A stretch of DNA of 54,525 bases from positions 1 to 54,525 of the forward strand of contig NZ_DATKFR010000202.1 in assembly GCF_035511255.1 (NCBI RefSeq). Reading direction: 5' to 3'. Below are positions 18,302 to 28,339 of this stretch, in pieces (within the stretch, counting starts at the first letter, position 1; every line of letters starts with the position of its first letter). This stretch comes from Parvibaculum sp. (lineage in GTDB: Bacteria; Pseudomonadota; Alphaproteobacteria; Parvibaculales; Parvibaculaceae). The translations under genes and the position numbers were made by a program. The notes beneath the pieces are model-generated. The model saw nothing but the letters and a program-made list of their open reading frames with translations, made no database searches and was not told the origin of the DNA.

Positions 18302-19909
18302 TCATTCCGCCGCCTTCGGACCCTCGACCAGCGACATGTAACGCTGCAGCAGCCAGAGCGTGCGCTCGAACAGGGTCGTCGAGGCATAAAGCGTGTCGTG
18401 CTCGGCAGGGCCGATGTCTTCTACTTCCATCACCTGCCGACGAACGCGCTCCATCTGCGTCGAGCGGTCGGATGTGAATTCGCGCAACAGATCCAGATCG
18501 CGGCGATCCTTGTGCAGGAAGGCGTCGTTTGCGACCGCCAGAATCGTATGCAGGCTCTCGCCCAGCGCAAAGAGAAGACGCCCGAACTTGCTGTCCGGCG
18601 AAACCGCGCCCGCCGCCTCGATGGTCTTCACATAGTCGCTCACGGCGCCGATAAGGCTCAACAGGATCTCATTGCGCTTCTGTATTTCGACGACGTCGAT
18701 CAGAACGTCACGAGCGCTGTTGTTGTCGAGAATATTGGTCAGGAAATCGCCGCATTGTCGGGCGACCGATCCCGCGCTGCTCGCCAGAAGATCGGGGCCG
18801 AGCTTCGACGCGCCGTCGACACGCACGGCATCGACGATGTCGGGGAGAAATTCAAAAAGCCTCACTTGCTCGCGTTCGACAAGGTCGAGCGCGGCGCGGG
18901 GTTCGTCGAGGGCCTCGGCATAGATATAGCGCGGCTTCGACAGCGCCTCCTCGTCGGTCGGCGGGGACAGACGCATGATCGCCGCCATGATGCGGTCGCG
19001 GAATACCGTCGTGAGCACCGCGGAAACGAGCTGTAGCAGAAGATAGACAAGCGCCACCGCCGTGGCGCCATCCGACGTCAGGGCGAAGACGAGCGCCTTG
19101 ATGCCGGGGACATGTCCCGGCATCTCGACCGCGAAGAAAGGCAGGACGACGATGACGCCGACAAGTTTTACCGCGACCTGCATCCAGGCAATCTGGCGGC
19201 CGATGCCGCGGAGGTTGGTGGACAGCAGGGCTATGCTGATGCCGGAGCCGAGACTCGCACCTATAACGACGACGATCGTCTGGTCGATGGTGAGCAGGCC
19301 CACATTCGCCATGGTCACGGCGATGATCGAGACCGTCGCCGAACTCTGTGCGACGATGGTGAGAACGACCCCGATCAGGAAGGCGAGGACGTAGGACGAG
19401 GCGGCGAAGGACAGAAACTCCCGGACCGCGTCCATCGACTTGAGCGGCATGGCACCGCTCTTGATCAGCTCGAGGCCGAAGAAGAGCAGTCCGAGGCCGA
19501 GCACAGCGCCGAGAACGTGGCGGAAACGCGGCGCGCGGTCGATATCGAAATAATAGGCGACACCCGTGGCGCCGAGCAGAAAGAGAACGGCGAGCTTCAC
19601 GTCGATGGCCGAGAGCAGGACGAGCGCGGAGGTGCCGACATTCGCCCAGATCACCATCGGTACGATGCGACCGACGTCCACGAGCCCGGCCGTCACCATG
19701 CCGATCGAAATGAAGGTAATCGCATTGCTGCTCTGGGTCAGCGCGCCGGAGAGAATACCGACCAGCGCCGAGACCGTCGTGTTCCGGGTCGCCGCCTCGA
19801 TCAGGCGCCGGAACCAGCTTCCGGTCAGTTGTTTCAGATTGCCGCCGATAAGCTTGACACCGACGAAGAAGAGCCCGAGCCCCGCGAAGATGTCGGCGAA
19901 CATTTCCAT
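18302..19909 (-). CDS. Na/Pi cotransporter family protein with PhoU-like C-terminus
   Basis: Two QSS repeats (TQSSNA, AQSSAT), ANVGT, multiple TMs and a helical tail. Confidence 0.85.
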   Translation of the reverse strand: MEMFADIFAGLGLFFVGVKLIGGNLKQLTGSWFRRLIEAATRNTTVSALVGILSGALTQSSNAITFISIGMVTAGLVDVGRIVPMVIWANVGTSALVLLSAIDVKLAVLFLLGATGVAYYFDIDRAPRFRHVLGAVLGLGLLFFGLELIKSGAMPLKSMDAVREFLSFAASSYVLAFLIGVVLTIVAQSSATVSIIAVTMANVGLLTIDQTIVVVIGASLGSGISIALLSTNLRGIGRQIAWMQVAVKLVGVIVVLPFFAVEMPGHVPGIKALVFALTSDGATAVALVYLLLQLVSAVLTTVFRDRIMAAIMRLSPPTDEEALSKPRYIYAEALDEPRAALDLVEREQVRLFEFLPDIVDAVRVDGASKLGPDLLASSAGSVARQCGDFLTNILDNNSARDVLIDVVEIQKRNEILLSLIGAVSDYVKTIEAAGAVSPDSKFGRLLFALGESLHTILAVANDAFLHKDRRDLDLLREFTSDRSTQMERVRRQVMEVEDIGPAEHDTLYASTTLFERTLWLLQRYMSLVEGPKAAE

Positions 19910-19939
19910 GGCTGCTGCACTCTCGAAAACAAGGACGCG

Positions 19940-20629
19940 CTATCTGCCGATGGCGCGCAATGCCATGAAGACCGCGAGAAGGAGGAAGGCGAAGCCGACG
20001 GCCATCGAGATCCAGAGCGTCCGCTGCACGTTGCGCGCCGTGTCGGCGATACGCTGCCGCAGAACCTCGCGCCGCTCGTCTGCGAAAGCCTTCGCCTGCG
20101 TCACGACGCGATCGAACGCCTCGTTGAGAGGACGGTCCTTCCCTCGCACATGCGCATCGACCGCGCGCACGGACAAGGGATCGTCCGGTTTGAAGAGAGC
20201 GAGCGCCTCGTCATACGCGGCGTCCAGCCGATCGTGTTGTGCCCGGAGAGCGACGAGATCTTTGGTCGGAAAACCCAGTTCGCCGGCCGTGGACGCCAGG
20301 TCGTCGAGCCGTTTACTCACATCCGACCGGCGCGCCACGAAAGCGGCGTGATAGGCGGCATAATCTTCCGCCTTGTAGCCACGCAGCAGCGTGTTCTTCC
20401 ATTCCTGTATCTGGGTCTTGAACGTCACCTGAGCGACGCGCGCATCGTCGGCCATGGCGGAGAGCCGGTCGATCTCGGCGCCGCTCGCGGTCACGGCGGT
20501 GTCGAGGCGGTACATGCCGTAGACGGCGATCATGACGATCACGATCAGTGCAATTCCGACGATTGCCGAAAGCGCGAGAACCCGGCGCCTGGTATCGGCA
20601 AGCGACATACCGCCATCAGCCTCGCTCAT
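19940..20629 (-). CDS. Stand-alone periplasmic four-helix-bundle (MCP-type) sensor with two TMs
   Basis: FKTQIQEWKNTLLRG motif between N- and C-terminal TM helices; no cytoplasmic domain. Confidence 0.75.
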   Translation of the reverse strand: MSEADGGMSLADTRRRVLALSAIVGIALIVIVMIAVYGMYRLDTAVTASGAEIDRLSAMADDARVAQVTFKTQIQEWKNTLLRGYKAEDYAAYHAAFVARRSDVSKRLDDLASTAGELGFPTKDLVALRAQHDRLDAAYDEALALFKPDDPLSVRAVDAHVRGKDRPLNEAFDRVVTQAKAFADERREVLRQRIADTARNVQRTLWISMAVGFAFLLLAVFMALRAIGR

Positions 20630-20667
20630 GTTGCCCCCGATGCGTCGGCCGCCCCGCGGCGGCGGCG

Positions 20668-21009
20668 TCAGCCGTTCAGCGACGCGATCGCTTGATCGAT
20701 GCTGTCATGCAGCCCGAAGATCGAGGCAAAACCGCTGACGTCGAAGACTTCCTTCACATTGGCGGTGACGCCGCTCAGCGTCAGTGCGCCGCCGGCCGCC
20801 TTCACCCGTTTGGCCGTCGTCAGCACGACGCGCAGGCCCGCGGACGAGATGTAGTCGACACCCGAGAAGTCGATGACGACCTTTTTCGGACCCGCATCGA
20901 CCAGCGCATTGGCCTGCTCCTCGAAGGATTTCGCCGTGCTGCTGTCGATCCGCTTCTTCGGCTGCAGGATCAGCGCGTCGCCCCGGATTTCATGTGCCAA
21001 TTCGATCAT
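20668..21009 (-). CDS. STAS anti-anti-sigma factor
   Basis: DFSGVDYISSAGLR and VFDVSGF; GAGGGGG RBS before ATG 21009. Confidence 0.92.
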   Translation of the reverse strand: MIELAHEIRGDALILQPKKRIDSSTAKSFEEQANALVDAGPKKVVIDFSGVDYISSAGLRVVLTTAKRVKAAGGALTLSGVTANVKEVFDVSGFASIFGLHDSIDQAIASLNG

Positions 21010-21029
21010 CTTGTTCGTCCCCCTCGGCC

Positions 21030-21455
21030 TCAACCGGCCGCGTTCACGTTCATATGTAACTGCAGACGGTTCAACTCCCCGTCGCGCCGATAGTCAAGCC
21101 GGTCCATATAGGTCCGCACGAGTTTGAGCCCCAGCCCGCCGATCCTGCGCTCGTCCAGGCCTTCTCCAAGGTCCGGCAGCTCGGCCTCGACGGGATTGAA
21201 CGGCCGGCCGTTGTCGACGAGCACGGCGTCGAGCCCGCCGTCCCGAAGTTCCACCGTCAGCTCGATCCGGCTCTCAGCATGGCCCTCGAAAGCATAGGAC
21301 ACAATATTCGTGATCAGTTCGTCGAGGGCGAGATTGAGCTGAAAGATCGCCTTGGCCGGCAGATCGTGCACTTCGCCGAAAGCCTCGATCGCGTCGAGGA
21401 CGCGGGCGACCTCCGAGATATCGTTGCGGAGCGTCATTTCGATCTTGTCCGACAC
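21030..21455 (-). CDS. RsbW/SpoIIAB-like anti-sigma Ser kinase
   Basis: ELITN N-box, DNGRPFNP and GGLGL; GTG start. Confidence 0.92.
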   Translation of the reverse strand: MSDKIEMTLRNDISEVARVLDAIEAFGEVHDLPAKAIFQLNLALDELITNIVSYAFEGHAESRIELTVELRDGGLDAVLVDNGRPFNPVEAELPDLGEGLDERRIGGLGLKLVRTYMDRLDYRRDGELNRLQLHMNVNAAG

Positions 21456-21670
21456 GAGATTTGCTCCGCTGAACCTTCGGCGGGCCGCTCGACGGATGTC
21501 GATGACGGCTGCGACACCGATGTCTCATAACACCTTGGCCGGCCTCGTCAAGCCGGCCGGACGGCCCGGGGCCAAGCTCTCCTGCCGTCGCGACAAGCGC
21601 ATGACATCGGGCGGTTTTTAACGGCGGCGTATGCGCGGCCGACGGGAAATACCGGCACCCGAGTTCGACA

Positions 21671-21698
21671 TTGACAGCCCCCCGGGGCCTCGTAATAT
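21671..21698 (+). promoter_or_regulatory. Sigma70-like promoter
   Basis: TTGACA-N16-TAATAT upstream of the 21737 CDS. Confidence 0.5.
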
Positions 21699-21736
21699 CC
21701 GCGTCTTATGCAAACGATAGCGCGGGGGCGGGATAA

Positions 21737-22390
21737 ATGCTGACGGTACCAGAGGAATTCCTGCTTCTCACCGTGAAGGACGACGAGGGCGGTTTCGTCG
21801 ATATTCCACGCGAGGCGGTGAGCGCGGGCTTCATCGGCGCCGCCATCATGGAACTTGCGCTCCAGAACCGTATCGACAGCGATCTCGACCGGATCTGGAT
21901 CGTCGACAAGGCGCCCACCGGCGAGGCTTGCGTCGATCTCGTGCTCCAGCAGATCGCCGCGCCCGGTTTCGATCTCGAAGCCGCCAAGCTCATCGACCAG
22001 CTCGTCGTTTACGGCAACCAGGTCCGCGAACTCGCGCTCGACAGGCTTTGCGAACGCAAAATTCTCGCCAAGGCCGAGGGGCGCGTCCTCTGGTTCCTCA
22101 AGGCGCGCCGTTATCCGGTCGTCGACGGCAAGGAAATCCGCGAGGTGAAGCTTCGTCTTCTGGAGATTTTGCTGCGCGACGAGTTGCCGGATCCGCGTGA
22201 TGTCTGCCTGATGTCGCTCGCCGAAACCTGCGGCATCATCCGTCAGATCGTGCCCGCCTCCGAGTTGAAGCGCGCCAGCGAACGCCTCGCGACGCTCGCC
22301 AAGATGGACCTCATCGGCCAGAACGTGACGCGCTACATCACAATCTTCCAGGAAGCCGTCGCCTACGCCGCCTATACTTGGCCGATGTAG
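21737..22390 (+). CDS. GPP34/GOLPH3/VPS74 family protein
   Basis: LT..EE.LLL..D..G, GA.IMELAL..RI and LWFLKARRYP. Confidence 0.85.
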   Translation: MLTVPEEFLLLTVKDDEGGFVDIPREAVSAGFIGAAIMELALQNRIDSDLDRIWIVDKAPTGEACVDLVLQQIAAPGFDLEAAKLIDQLVVYGNQVRELALDRLCERKILAKAEGRVLWFLKARRYPVVDGKEIREVKLRLLEILLRDELPDPRDVCLMSLAETCGIIRQIVPASELKRASERLATLAKMDLIGQNVTRYITIFQEAVAYAAYTWPM

Positions 22391-22495
22391 GCAACGTCCT
22401 CAGCCACTGCGGCAACAGATCGACGCCGACCGCCGTGAGGCATGAGACAATGATGCTCTCCGCGCGTCTTTGCATCCGGATCGCCGGACCTGCCG

Positions 22496-23647
22496 TCAAT
22501 GCGGCTCGACCAGCAGGCTCTTTCCGGCCGTCGCAACATCGGTGCAACCCGTGAGCGCCATCGCGACCTCGAGTTCGCTCTGCAGCGTCTTCAGCATCGA
22601 GTGCACACCGGCCTCGCCGCCGCCGGCCAGCGCATAGGCCCAGGCGCGCCCGATCAGGACGCTCTTGGCGCCAAGCGCCATCGCCTTCAGCACGTCGAGC
22701 CCCGAGCGGATGCCGCCATCCATCAGAACGTCGAGGCGCTCGCCCACCGCGTCGACGATGGGCGGCAGCGCATGGATCGATGCGGGTACGCCATCGAGCT
22801 GGCGTCCGCCGTGATTGGAAACGACGATCCCGTCGGCGCCGACCTCCGCCGCCATCCGCGCATCCTCCCTGTCAAGTATGCCCTTGATGACAATCGGTCC
22901 GTTCCAGCGCTCGCGCACCCATTCGAAATCCTTCCATGTCACGGTCGGATCGAAATTCCTGCCGATCCACATCGCGAAATCGTTGGTGCCTTTCGCATTG
23001 GGCATCGCATGCGCGATGTTGCCGAAGGTGTGCGGCCGGCCGCCGAGAAAGACTTCGCGCATCCAGCGCGGATGCGAGAGCACGTTGAGCCCGCGCCTGA
23101 GCTTGTCGGCGAGCGTGAGTTGACCCGACAGCCCGGAGCGCACGTCGCGATAGCGCGCGCCGGTCACCGGAAGATCGACCGTGAAGACGAGAACAGGCGA
23201 GCCGCACTCCTTCGCCCGGTCGATCAGCGCGGCCATGAAACCCCGGTCGCGGATCATGTAAAGCTGGAACCAGAAAGGTTTCGTCACCGCATCGCGCACT
23301 TCCTCGAGCGCGCAGATGCTGACCGTGGACAGGCAGAACGGAAGAGCGGCGGCTTCCGCGGCACGCGCGGCCTGAGTCTCGCCGCGATGCGCATAGAGCC
23401 CCGCCATGCCGACCGGCGCGAGGATGACGGGCATGGCAAGCTTCTGACCGAAGAGTTCGGTCGAGAGCTTCAGTTTGGAAATATCGGTCAGAACGCGCTG
23501 CCGCAACGCGATGTCTTCCATCGCCTCGACATTCCGCCTGAGCGTCGTCTCGGCATAGGCGCCGCCGTCGATATAATCGAAGAACATGCGCGGCAATCGC
23601 CGGCGCGCGCGCTCGCGCCAATCTGATACGGATGCCGGTTGCGTCAT
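22496..23647 (-). CDS. lldD: FMN-dependent L-lactate dehydrogenase
   Basis: FDYIDGGA, WFQLY, SNHGGRQLD and DGGIRSG. Confidence 0.9.
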   Translation of the reverse strand: MTQPASVSDWRERARRRLPRMFFDYIDGGAYAETTLRRNVEAMEDIALRQRVLTDISKLKLSTELFGQKLAMPVILAPVGMAGLYAHRGETQAARAAEAAALPFCLSTVSICALEEVRDAVTKPFWFQLYMIRDRGFMAALIDRAKECGSPVLVFTVDLPVTGARYRDVRSGLSGQLTLADKLRRGLNVLSHPRWMREVFLGGRPHTFGNIAHAMPNAKGTNDFAMWIGRNFDPTVTWKDFEWVRERWNGPIVIKGILDREDARMAAEVGADGIVVSNHGGRQLDGVPASIHALPPIVDAVGERLDVLMDGGIRSGLDVLKAMALGAKSVLIGRAWAYALAGGGEAGVHSMLKTLQSELEVAMALTGCTDVATAGKSLLVEPH

Positions 23648-23807
23648 TCGATTCTCCCCCCGAACGGTGTCCCGATCCCGAAGCCTTATACGCCAAGGCG
23701 TCCGCTTTGCCACCGGCTATGTGGGCCGGCCAAATACCCCGCCCTATCGCAAAGGCCCTGAATTCCCTAAAGTCTGGCCAACAAAAACACGTATGGAGAA
23801 CAGGCCG

Positions 23808-24608
23808 ATGGCTAACAAGGGCAAGGGACGGCTTTCAGGAAAGCGCGCCGTGGTCACCGGCGCGGGAAGCGGCATCGGCCGGGCCAGCGCCGTGCTGTTC
23901 GCGCTGGAAGGCGCCAGCGTCGTCGCGGTCGACCGCGTCGAGGAGGCGATCGACGAGACGGCGGCGATGATCCGCGCCAATGGCGGCAAAGTCATTTCTG
24001 TCGCCGCCGATGTCGGCGACGAGGAATCGGTGAAGACCTTCATCGATCTCAGCCTCAAGGAACATGGCGGCCTCGACGTCGTCTACGCCAATGCCGGGAT
24101 CAGCGGCGGCCTCGTTCCCCTCGTCGAACAAACGGTGGACTACTGGCAGGAAATCCTGCGCATCAACCTCATCGGACCTTTCCTCGCCATCAAGCATGCG
24201 GCGCCGATCATGGCCAAGCAGGGCTTCGGCTCGATCGTCTGCACCGCCTCCGTCGCCGGGCTTCGCGCCAATGCCGGCGGCACGCCCTACAGCGCCAGCA
24301 AGGCCGGCGTCATCAGCCTCGTCCAGACGACCGCGAACGAGCTCTACGGCACCGGCGTCCGCGTCAACGCGATCTGCCCGGGCCTCATCGAGACCGGCAT
24401 GACGAAGCCGATCTTCGACAATGCCCGCTCGCGCGGCACGGAAGGCAAGATCGGCCAGCTCAATCCCCTGAAGCGCAATGGTGTGCCGGAAGAGATCGCG
24501 CAGATGGCGCTCTTCCTCGCCAGCGACGACGCCTCCTATGTCAACGGTCAGGCGATCGCCGTCGATGGCGGGCTGTCGAGCACACATCCTTTCGCGGGCA
24601 AGCGCTAA
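23808..24608 (+). CDS. Classical SDR (FabG-like)
   Basis: TGAGSGIG, NAG, YSASK and VDGG. Confidence 0.92.
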   Translation: MANKGKGRLSGKRAVVTGAGSGIGRASAVLFALEGASVVAVDRVEEAIDETAAMIRANGGKVISVAADVGDEESVKTFIDLSLKEHGGLDVVYANAGISGGLVPLVEQTVDYWQEILRINLIGPFLAIKHAAPIMAKQGFGSIVCTASVAGLRANAGGTPYSASKAGVISLVQTTANELYGTGVRVNAICPGLIETGMTKPIFDNARSRGTEGKIGQLNPLKRNGVPEEIAQMALFLASDDASYVNGQAIAVDGGLSSTHPFAGKR

Positions 24609-24611
24609 CCC

Positions 24612-25268
24612 TCAGAACTCGGCGTCGAGTTCTTCCAGCTCTTCCGGTTCGGCCTTGGCGCCCTTGATCCATTCGACCATGTGCGGCAGGGCGACGATGC
24701 GCTTGCAATAGGCGGCCGCAGGCTGGTCGAGATCGACGTCATAGGTGAGGAAGCGCGTGCAGACCGGCGCATACATGGCGTCGGCCATGGTCGGCTTCTT
24801 GCCGAAAAGGAAGGGGCCCTTGTAGCGGTCGAGCGCGTCCTCCCAGATTTCGATCACACGGTCGATATCGGCCTGGGCGCCGGCCCAGATTTTGAAGTCC
24901 GGGTAGCGGGCCTTGAGGTTCATCGGCAGGGCCGCCCGCAGATTGGCGAAACCCGAATGCATCTCACCCGAAATCGACCGGCAATGGGCACGGGCCGCCT
25001 GATCGGCCGGCAGAAGCCCGGCTTCCGGCTTGATTTCATGGAGATATTCGGCGATCGCCAGGGTATCCCAGACCTTGACCCCATGGTGGGTCAGGCAGGG
25101 CACCAGAAAAGAAGGCGAAAGCAGCAGCAACTCAGCCCGGGTGGACGGGTCGCTCGAGGAAAGCTGCTCTTCCACGAAATCCAGCCCGGCCATCTTGCAG
25201 AGCAGCCAGCCCCGCAACGACCAGGACGAGTAATTTTTACTGCTGATGGTCAGAGTTGCCTTGGCCAT
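24612..25268 (-). CDS. Glutathione S-transferase family protein
   Basis: SKNYSSWSLRGW, VP.L..WDTLAIAEY and EMHSGF. Confidence 0.92.
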   Translation of the reverse strand: MAKATLTISSKNYSSWSLRGWLLCKMAGLDFVEEQLSSSDPSTRAELLLLSPSFLVPCLTHHGVKVWDTLAIAEYLHEIKPEAGLLPADQAARAHCRSISGEMHSGFANLRAALPMNLKARYPDFKIWAGAQADIDRVIEIWEDALDRYKGPFLFGKKPTMADAMYAPVCTRFLTYDVDLDQPAAAYCKRIVALPHMVEWIKGAKAEPEELEELDAEF

Positions 25269-25318
25269 GAGCCGCCCCTTTCCCGCACCGGCGCGTCATG
25301 CGCGCGTAATAATTATCT

Positions 25319-25330
25319 CGCAGTGCAGCA
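25319..25330. promoter_or_regulatory. Possible PhaR box upstream of phaZ
   Basis: CGCAGTGCAGCA (minus TGCTGCACTGCG) resembles the TGC-N3-GCA PhaR motif. Confidence 0.45.
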
Positions 25331-25409
25331 TAACTTGCACTAGCCTTTTCGTCGAACGGCCAAACTTTATGGCCGGAAACAGTGTCGATCCGGGGGGCGG
25401 GGCGCACCC

Positions 25410-26630
25410 ATGTTGTATTACGCGTATCAGGCGCAAGCCGACCTGATGAAGCCTTGGCGTGCGGCGGCGGAAGCAGCCGCCCATCTTCTCAACAGTCCGC
25501 TGGTGAGCCAATTCGACTCGGCGACACTGCGCCACTGGGCCGCGGGCTTCGAGATGTTTTCGCGTGCCGGGCTCACCCATGGCCGGCCTCCCTTCGGGAT
25601 CGATACGGTCCGGGTCGGCGACGAGGACGTACCGGTCCATGAGGAAGCGGCCTTCTCGACGCCCTTCGGAACGTTGCTGCGCTTCCGCAAGGAGCATGTG
25701 GCGACCGAGCAACCTCGGGTTCTGGTCATCGCGCCGCTCTCGGGACATTTCGCGACGCTGCTCAGAAATACCGTCGCCGTGCTTCTGCCCGACCACGACG
25801 TCTACATCACCGACTGGCACAATGCGCGCGACGTGAGCACGGAGGCCGGCCGTTTCGGCTTCGACGAATATGTGGATCATGTGATCCGCTTTCTCGAAGA
25901 GCTCGGGCCTGGCGCGCATCTCGTTTCGGTCTGCCAACCCTGTGCTCACGCCTTCGCGGCCGTCGCGGTGATGGCGGCGACGGACAATCCGGCGCAGCCT
26001 GCCAGCATGACGTTGATGGCGGGACCGATCGATACGCGCATCAACCCCACCAAGGTCAACGAACTCGCCACCACCCATTCGATCGAATGGTTCGAGAAGA
26101 ACCTCATTTCGCGGGTGCCGCCGGGCTTCGAGGGCGCCGGCCGCCGCGTCTACCCGGGTTTCGTGCAGCTCACCGCCTTCATGAGCATGAACCCCAAGCG
26201 CCATATCGACACGCATGTCGATCTGCTCGGCCATATCGCGACCGGCAATGTCGAACGTGCCGAGGCGACCAAGACCTTCTACGACGAATATTTCGCGGTG
26301 CTCGACCTCACCGCCGAATTTTATCTCGAGACGGTGAACCTCGTTTTCCAGGAACATGTGCTGCCCAAGGGCCTGCTCACATGGCATGGTGAGAAGGTCG
26401 ATCCGGCGGCGATCCGGCGCACGGCGCTTCTCACCGTCGAGGGCGAGAAGGACGACATCTGCTCCGTCGGCCAGACGCTCGCCGCGCAGGATCTCTGCAC
26501 CAGCATTCGCCCCTACAAGAAGCGCCACCATCTGCAGGCCGGCGTCGGCCATTACGGAGTCTTCTCGGGCTCGCGCTGGGCGGGACAAATCTATCCCATC
26601 GTCCGCAACATGATCCTGGCGAACGACTGA
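25410..26630 (+). CDS. phaZ: Intracellular PHB depolymerase
   Basis: APLSGHFATLLR, VCQP catalytic Cys, EGEKDDI and GHYGVFSG. Confidence 0.93.
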   Translation: MLYYAYQAQADLMKPWRAAAEAAAHLLNSPLVSQFDSATLRHWAAGFEMFSRAGLTHGRPPFGIDTVRVGDEDVPVHEEAAFSTPFGTLLRFRKEHVATEQPRVLVIAPLSGHFATLLRNTVAVLLPDHDVYITDWHNARDVSTEAGRFGFDEYVDHVIRFLEELGPGAHLVSVCQPCAHAFAAVAVMAATDNPAQPASMTLMAGPIDTRINPTKVNELATTHSIEWFEKNLISRVPPGFEGAGRRVYPGFVQLTAFMSMNPKRHIDTHVDLLGHIATGNVERAEATKTFYDEYFAVLDLTAEFYLETVNLVFQEHVLPKGLLTWHGEKVDPAAIRRTALLTVEGEKDDICSVGQTLAAQDLCTSIRPYKKRHHLQAGVGHYGVFSGSRWAGQIYPIVRNMILAND

Positions 26631-26650
26631 TACTTCACGTTGCCGCTGCG

Positions 26651-27805
26651 CTACTTCACATGCTCCAGATCCGGCGCGGCGAACTCCGCAAGCCTGTTGC
26701 CGAGTTCCGGCAGTTCGCGGCGCAGTTCCTCGAAGGCAAAGCCCAGCGTGAAAAGGCCGCCGACGGTTTCGGGCGCGAGCTGCGTCATCAGCGGGTCGGC
26801 CCGCAACCTGTCCACATCGTCTCCAAATCCGTCGATTGCCGCGATGAAAGCATCGGATTGCGGCGGCACGGTCCGGCTGCGCGCGGCGGCTGCCAACACG
26901 TTCAACTGCAATTCGACCGATGCCGTCACCTTGCCGAGCGAGGTCTTCAAACGGGCGATCACCGGCGCGGGCCAAGGCGTCGCCGTCGCGCGGCCGACCA
27001 GAATGAAGTCGTGGCGGACACGGCGCAGCGTGCGCAGCAATGCGTCCGTATCGCCATGCTCGGTGAGTCGCGCGGCCCTTTCACGCCTGGCATCCTCGCC
27101 GGCGGCTTCGGCGGAGACGATCTTGACGCGAAGGCGATCGTTGACGGCTTGAAGTCTCGCCTTCATCGACTGCGTGTCGGCATCCGGACCGAGGGACGCC
27201 ATTTCAAGGTTCCAGGCCTCGGCGAGTAGCGACAGCACCGCACCGACGCGCTCGGCGAGGTCGGTCTGGGCGCGCGCGGGTAAAACGAACAGGGCCACGG
27301 CGACACCGATCACGCCGCCGAGGAGGATTTCAGCGACACGTTCGACCGCCAGCCAGAGGGCAGGCTCATGGCCCGATCGGCTGAGCACGACGATGATCGC
27401 GGTCACCGGCGCGATCTTGAAACTCGGATTGGCGGCCGAGAGGAAGGCGAGCGGCGCGAGCACCAGCGCGATGACGAGTCCTTCCTGGAGAAGTCCGTTC
27501 GCAGCCGCCAGGGTCGCCACAAATCCGGCAAAGGCCCCGGTCAACGTGCCGAGAAGCCGGTCGGTCGCCGCCTTCAGCGAACCGCCGAGATTGTTCTGCA
27601 TGACAATCACGGCGGTCAGCACCACCCAGTATCCCTGCGGCAGGCCGAGCGTTCCCGCCAGGACGAAGGACAGGAAGGCGGCGACCACGACACGGACAGC
27701 AAATCGCTGCTCCGCGCGCCTCGCCGCCACGAAACGCCAGGCCGCCTTTGCGCGGGCGCCGAGATTCATCTTTGCGGGGCCAAACCCCGTGTCGCGCCAT
27801 TGCAT
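26651..27805 (-). CDS. FUSC family membrane protein
   Basis: QGYWVVLTAVIVMQ..GGS...DR..GT; start uncertain (27805 or 27769). Confidence 0.85.
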   Translation of the reverse strand: MQWRDTGFGPAKMNLGARAKAAWRFVAARRAEQRFAVRVVVAAFLSFVLAGTLGLPQGYWVVLTAVIVMQNNLGGSLKAATDRLLGTLTGAFAGFVATLAAANGLLQEGLVIALVLAPLAFLSAANPSFKIAPVTAIIVVLSRSGHEPALWLAVERVAEILLGGVIGVAVALFVLPARAQTDLAERVGAVLSLLAEAWNLEMASLGPDADTQSMKARLQAVNDRLRVKIVSAEAAGEDARRERAARLTEHGDTDALLRTLRRVRHDFILVGRATATPWPAPVIARLKTSLGKVTASVELQLNVLAAAARSRTVPPQSDAFIAAIDGFGDDVDRLRADPLMTQLAPETVGGLFTLGFAFEELRRELPELGNRLAEFAAPDLEHVK

Positions 27806-27925
27806 AGGCTGTCTTCTCGTCCTGGTCGTGACAGGGCCCTCATGACGCGACGCGGCGCCGGATGAGCTCTGTCGCCGACGGCGCAAGCATCTTACCGGCG
27901 ACGGCGAGACCGCGACAACCGCGGC

Positions 27926-28195
27926 TCACAGAATGGCCGAAACGCTGGTGGTCCCCGTCGCGCCCGAAAGCGTCGCTCTGAGCTTGCAAGGCCCGAGCGC
28001 AAAACCGCCTACTCCATTCTGCGAGAAGCTCACCGCCTGCCCGACCGAAAACCAGTTCGCGCCGTCAGGGCTCGCTTCGAGGGAGATGGTCGCACCACCG
28101 AAAATGCCCCAGGCCCAGAACGTTCCCGTACCGCCTGTCCAGTCCACCGGGGTCGAGCTGCCGTTTGCCGTCGCTCCGTTCAGTATCGTCGCCAT
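27926..28195 (-). CDS. Small Gly/Ser/Thr-rich beta protein, phage-structural-like
   Basis: GAGGA RBS; FGGATISLEASPDGANW...LRATLSG pattern. Confidence 0.7.
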   Translation of the reverse strand: MATILNGATANGSSTPVDWTGGTGTFWAWGIFGGATISLEASPDGANWFSVGQAVSFSQNGVGGFALGPCKLRATLSGATGTTSVSAIL

Positions 28196-28339
28196 AATTT
28201 GGTCCTCGCTTTGTCGCGCAAATGCGCGGGTTGATCTGCGACATTCTGCGGGTACGGTAAGGGGGCGGGGATAAGTCGGCCCCGGAAGGCCGGGCGGCGC
28301 TAACAGGGCGGGAAGGCGGGGGTTTTTGTCGGGGTACCC

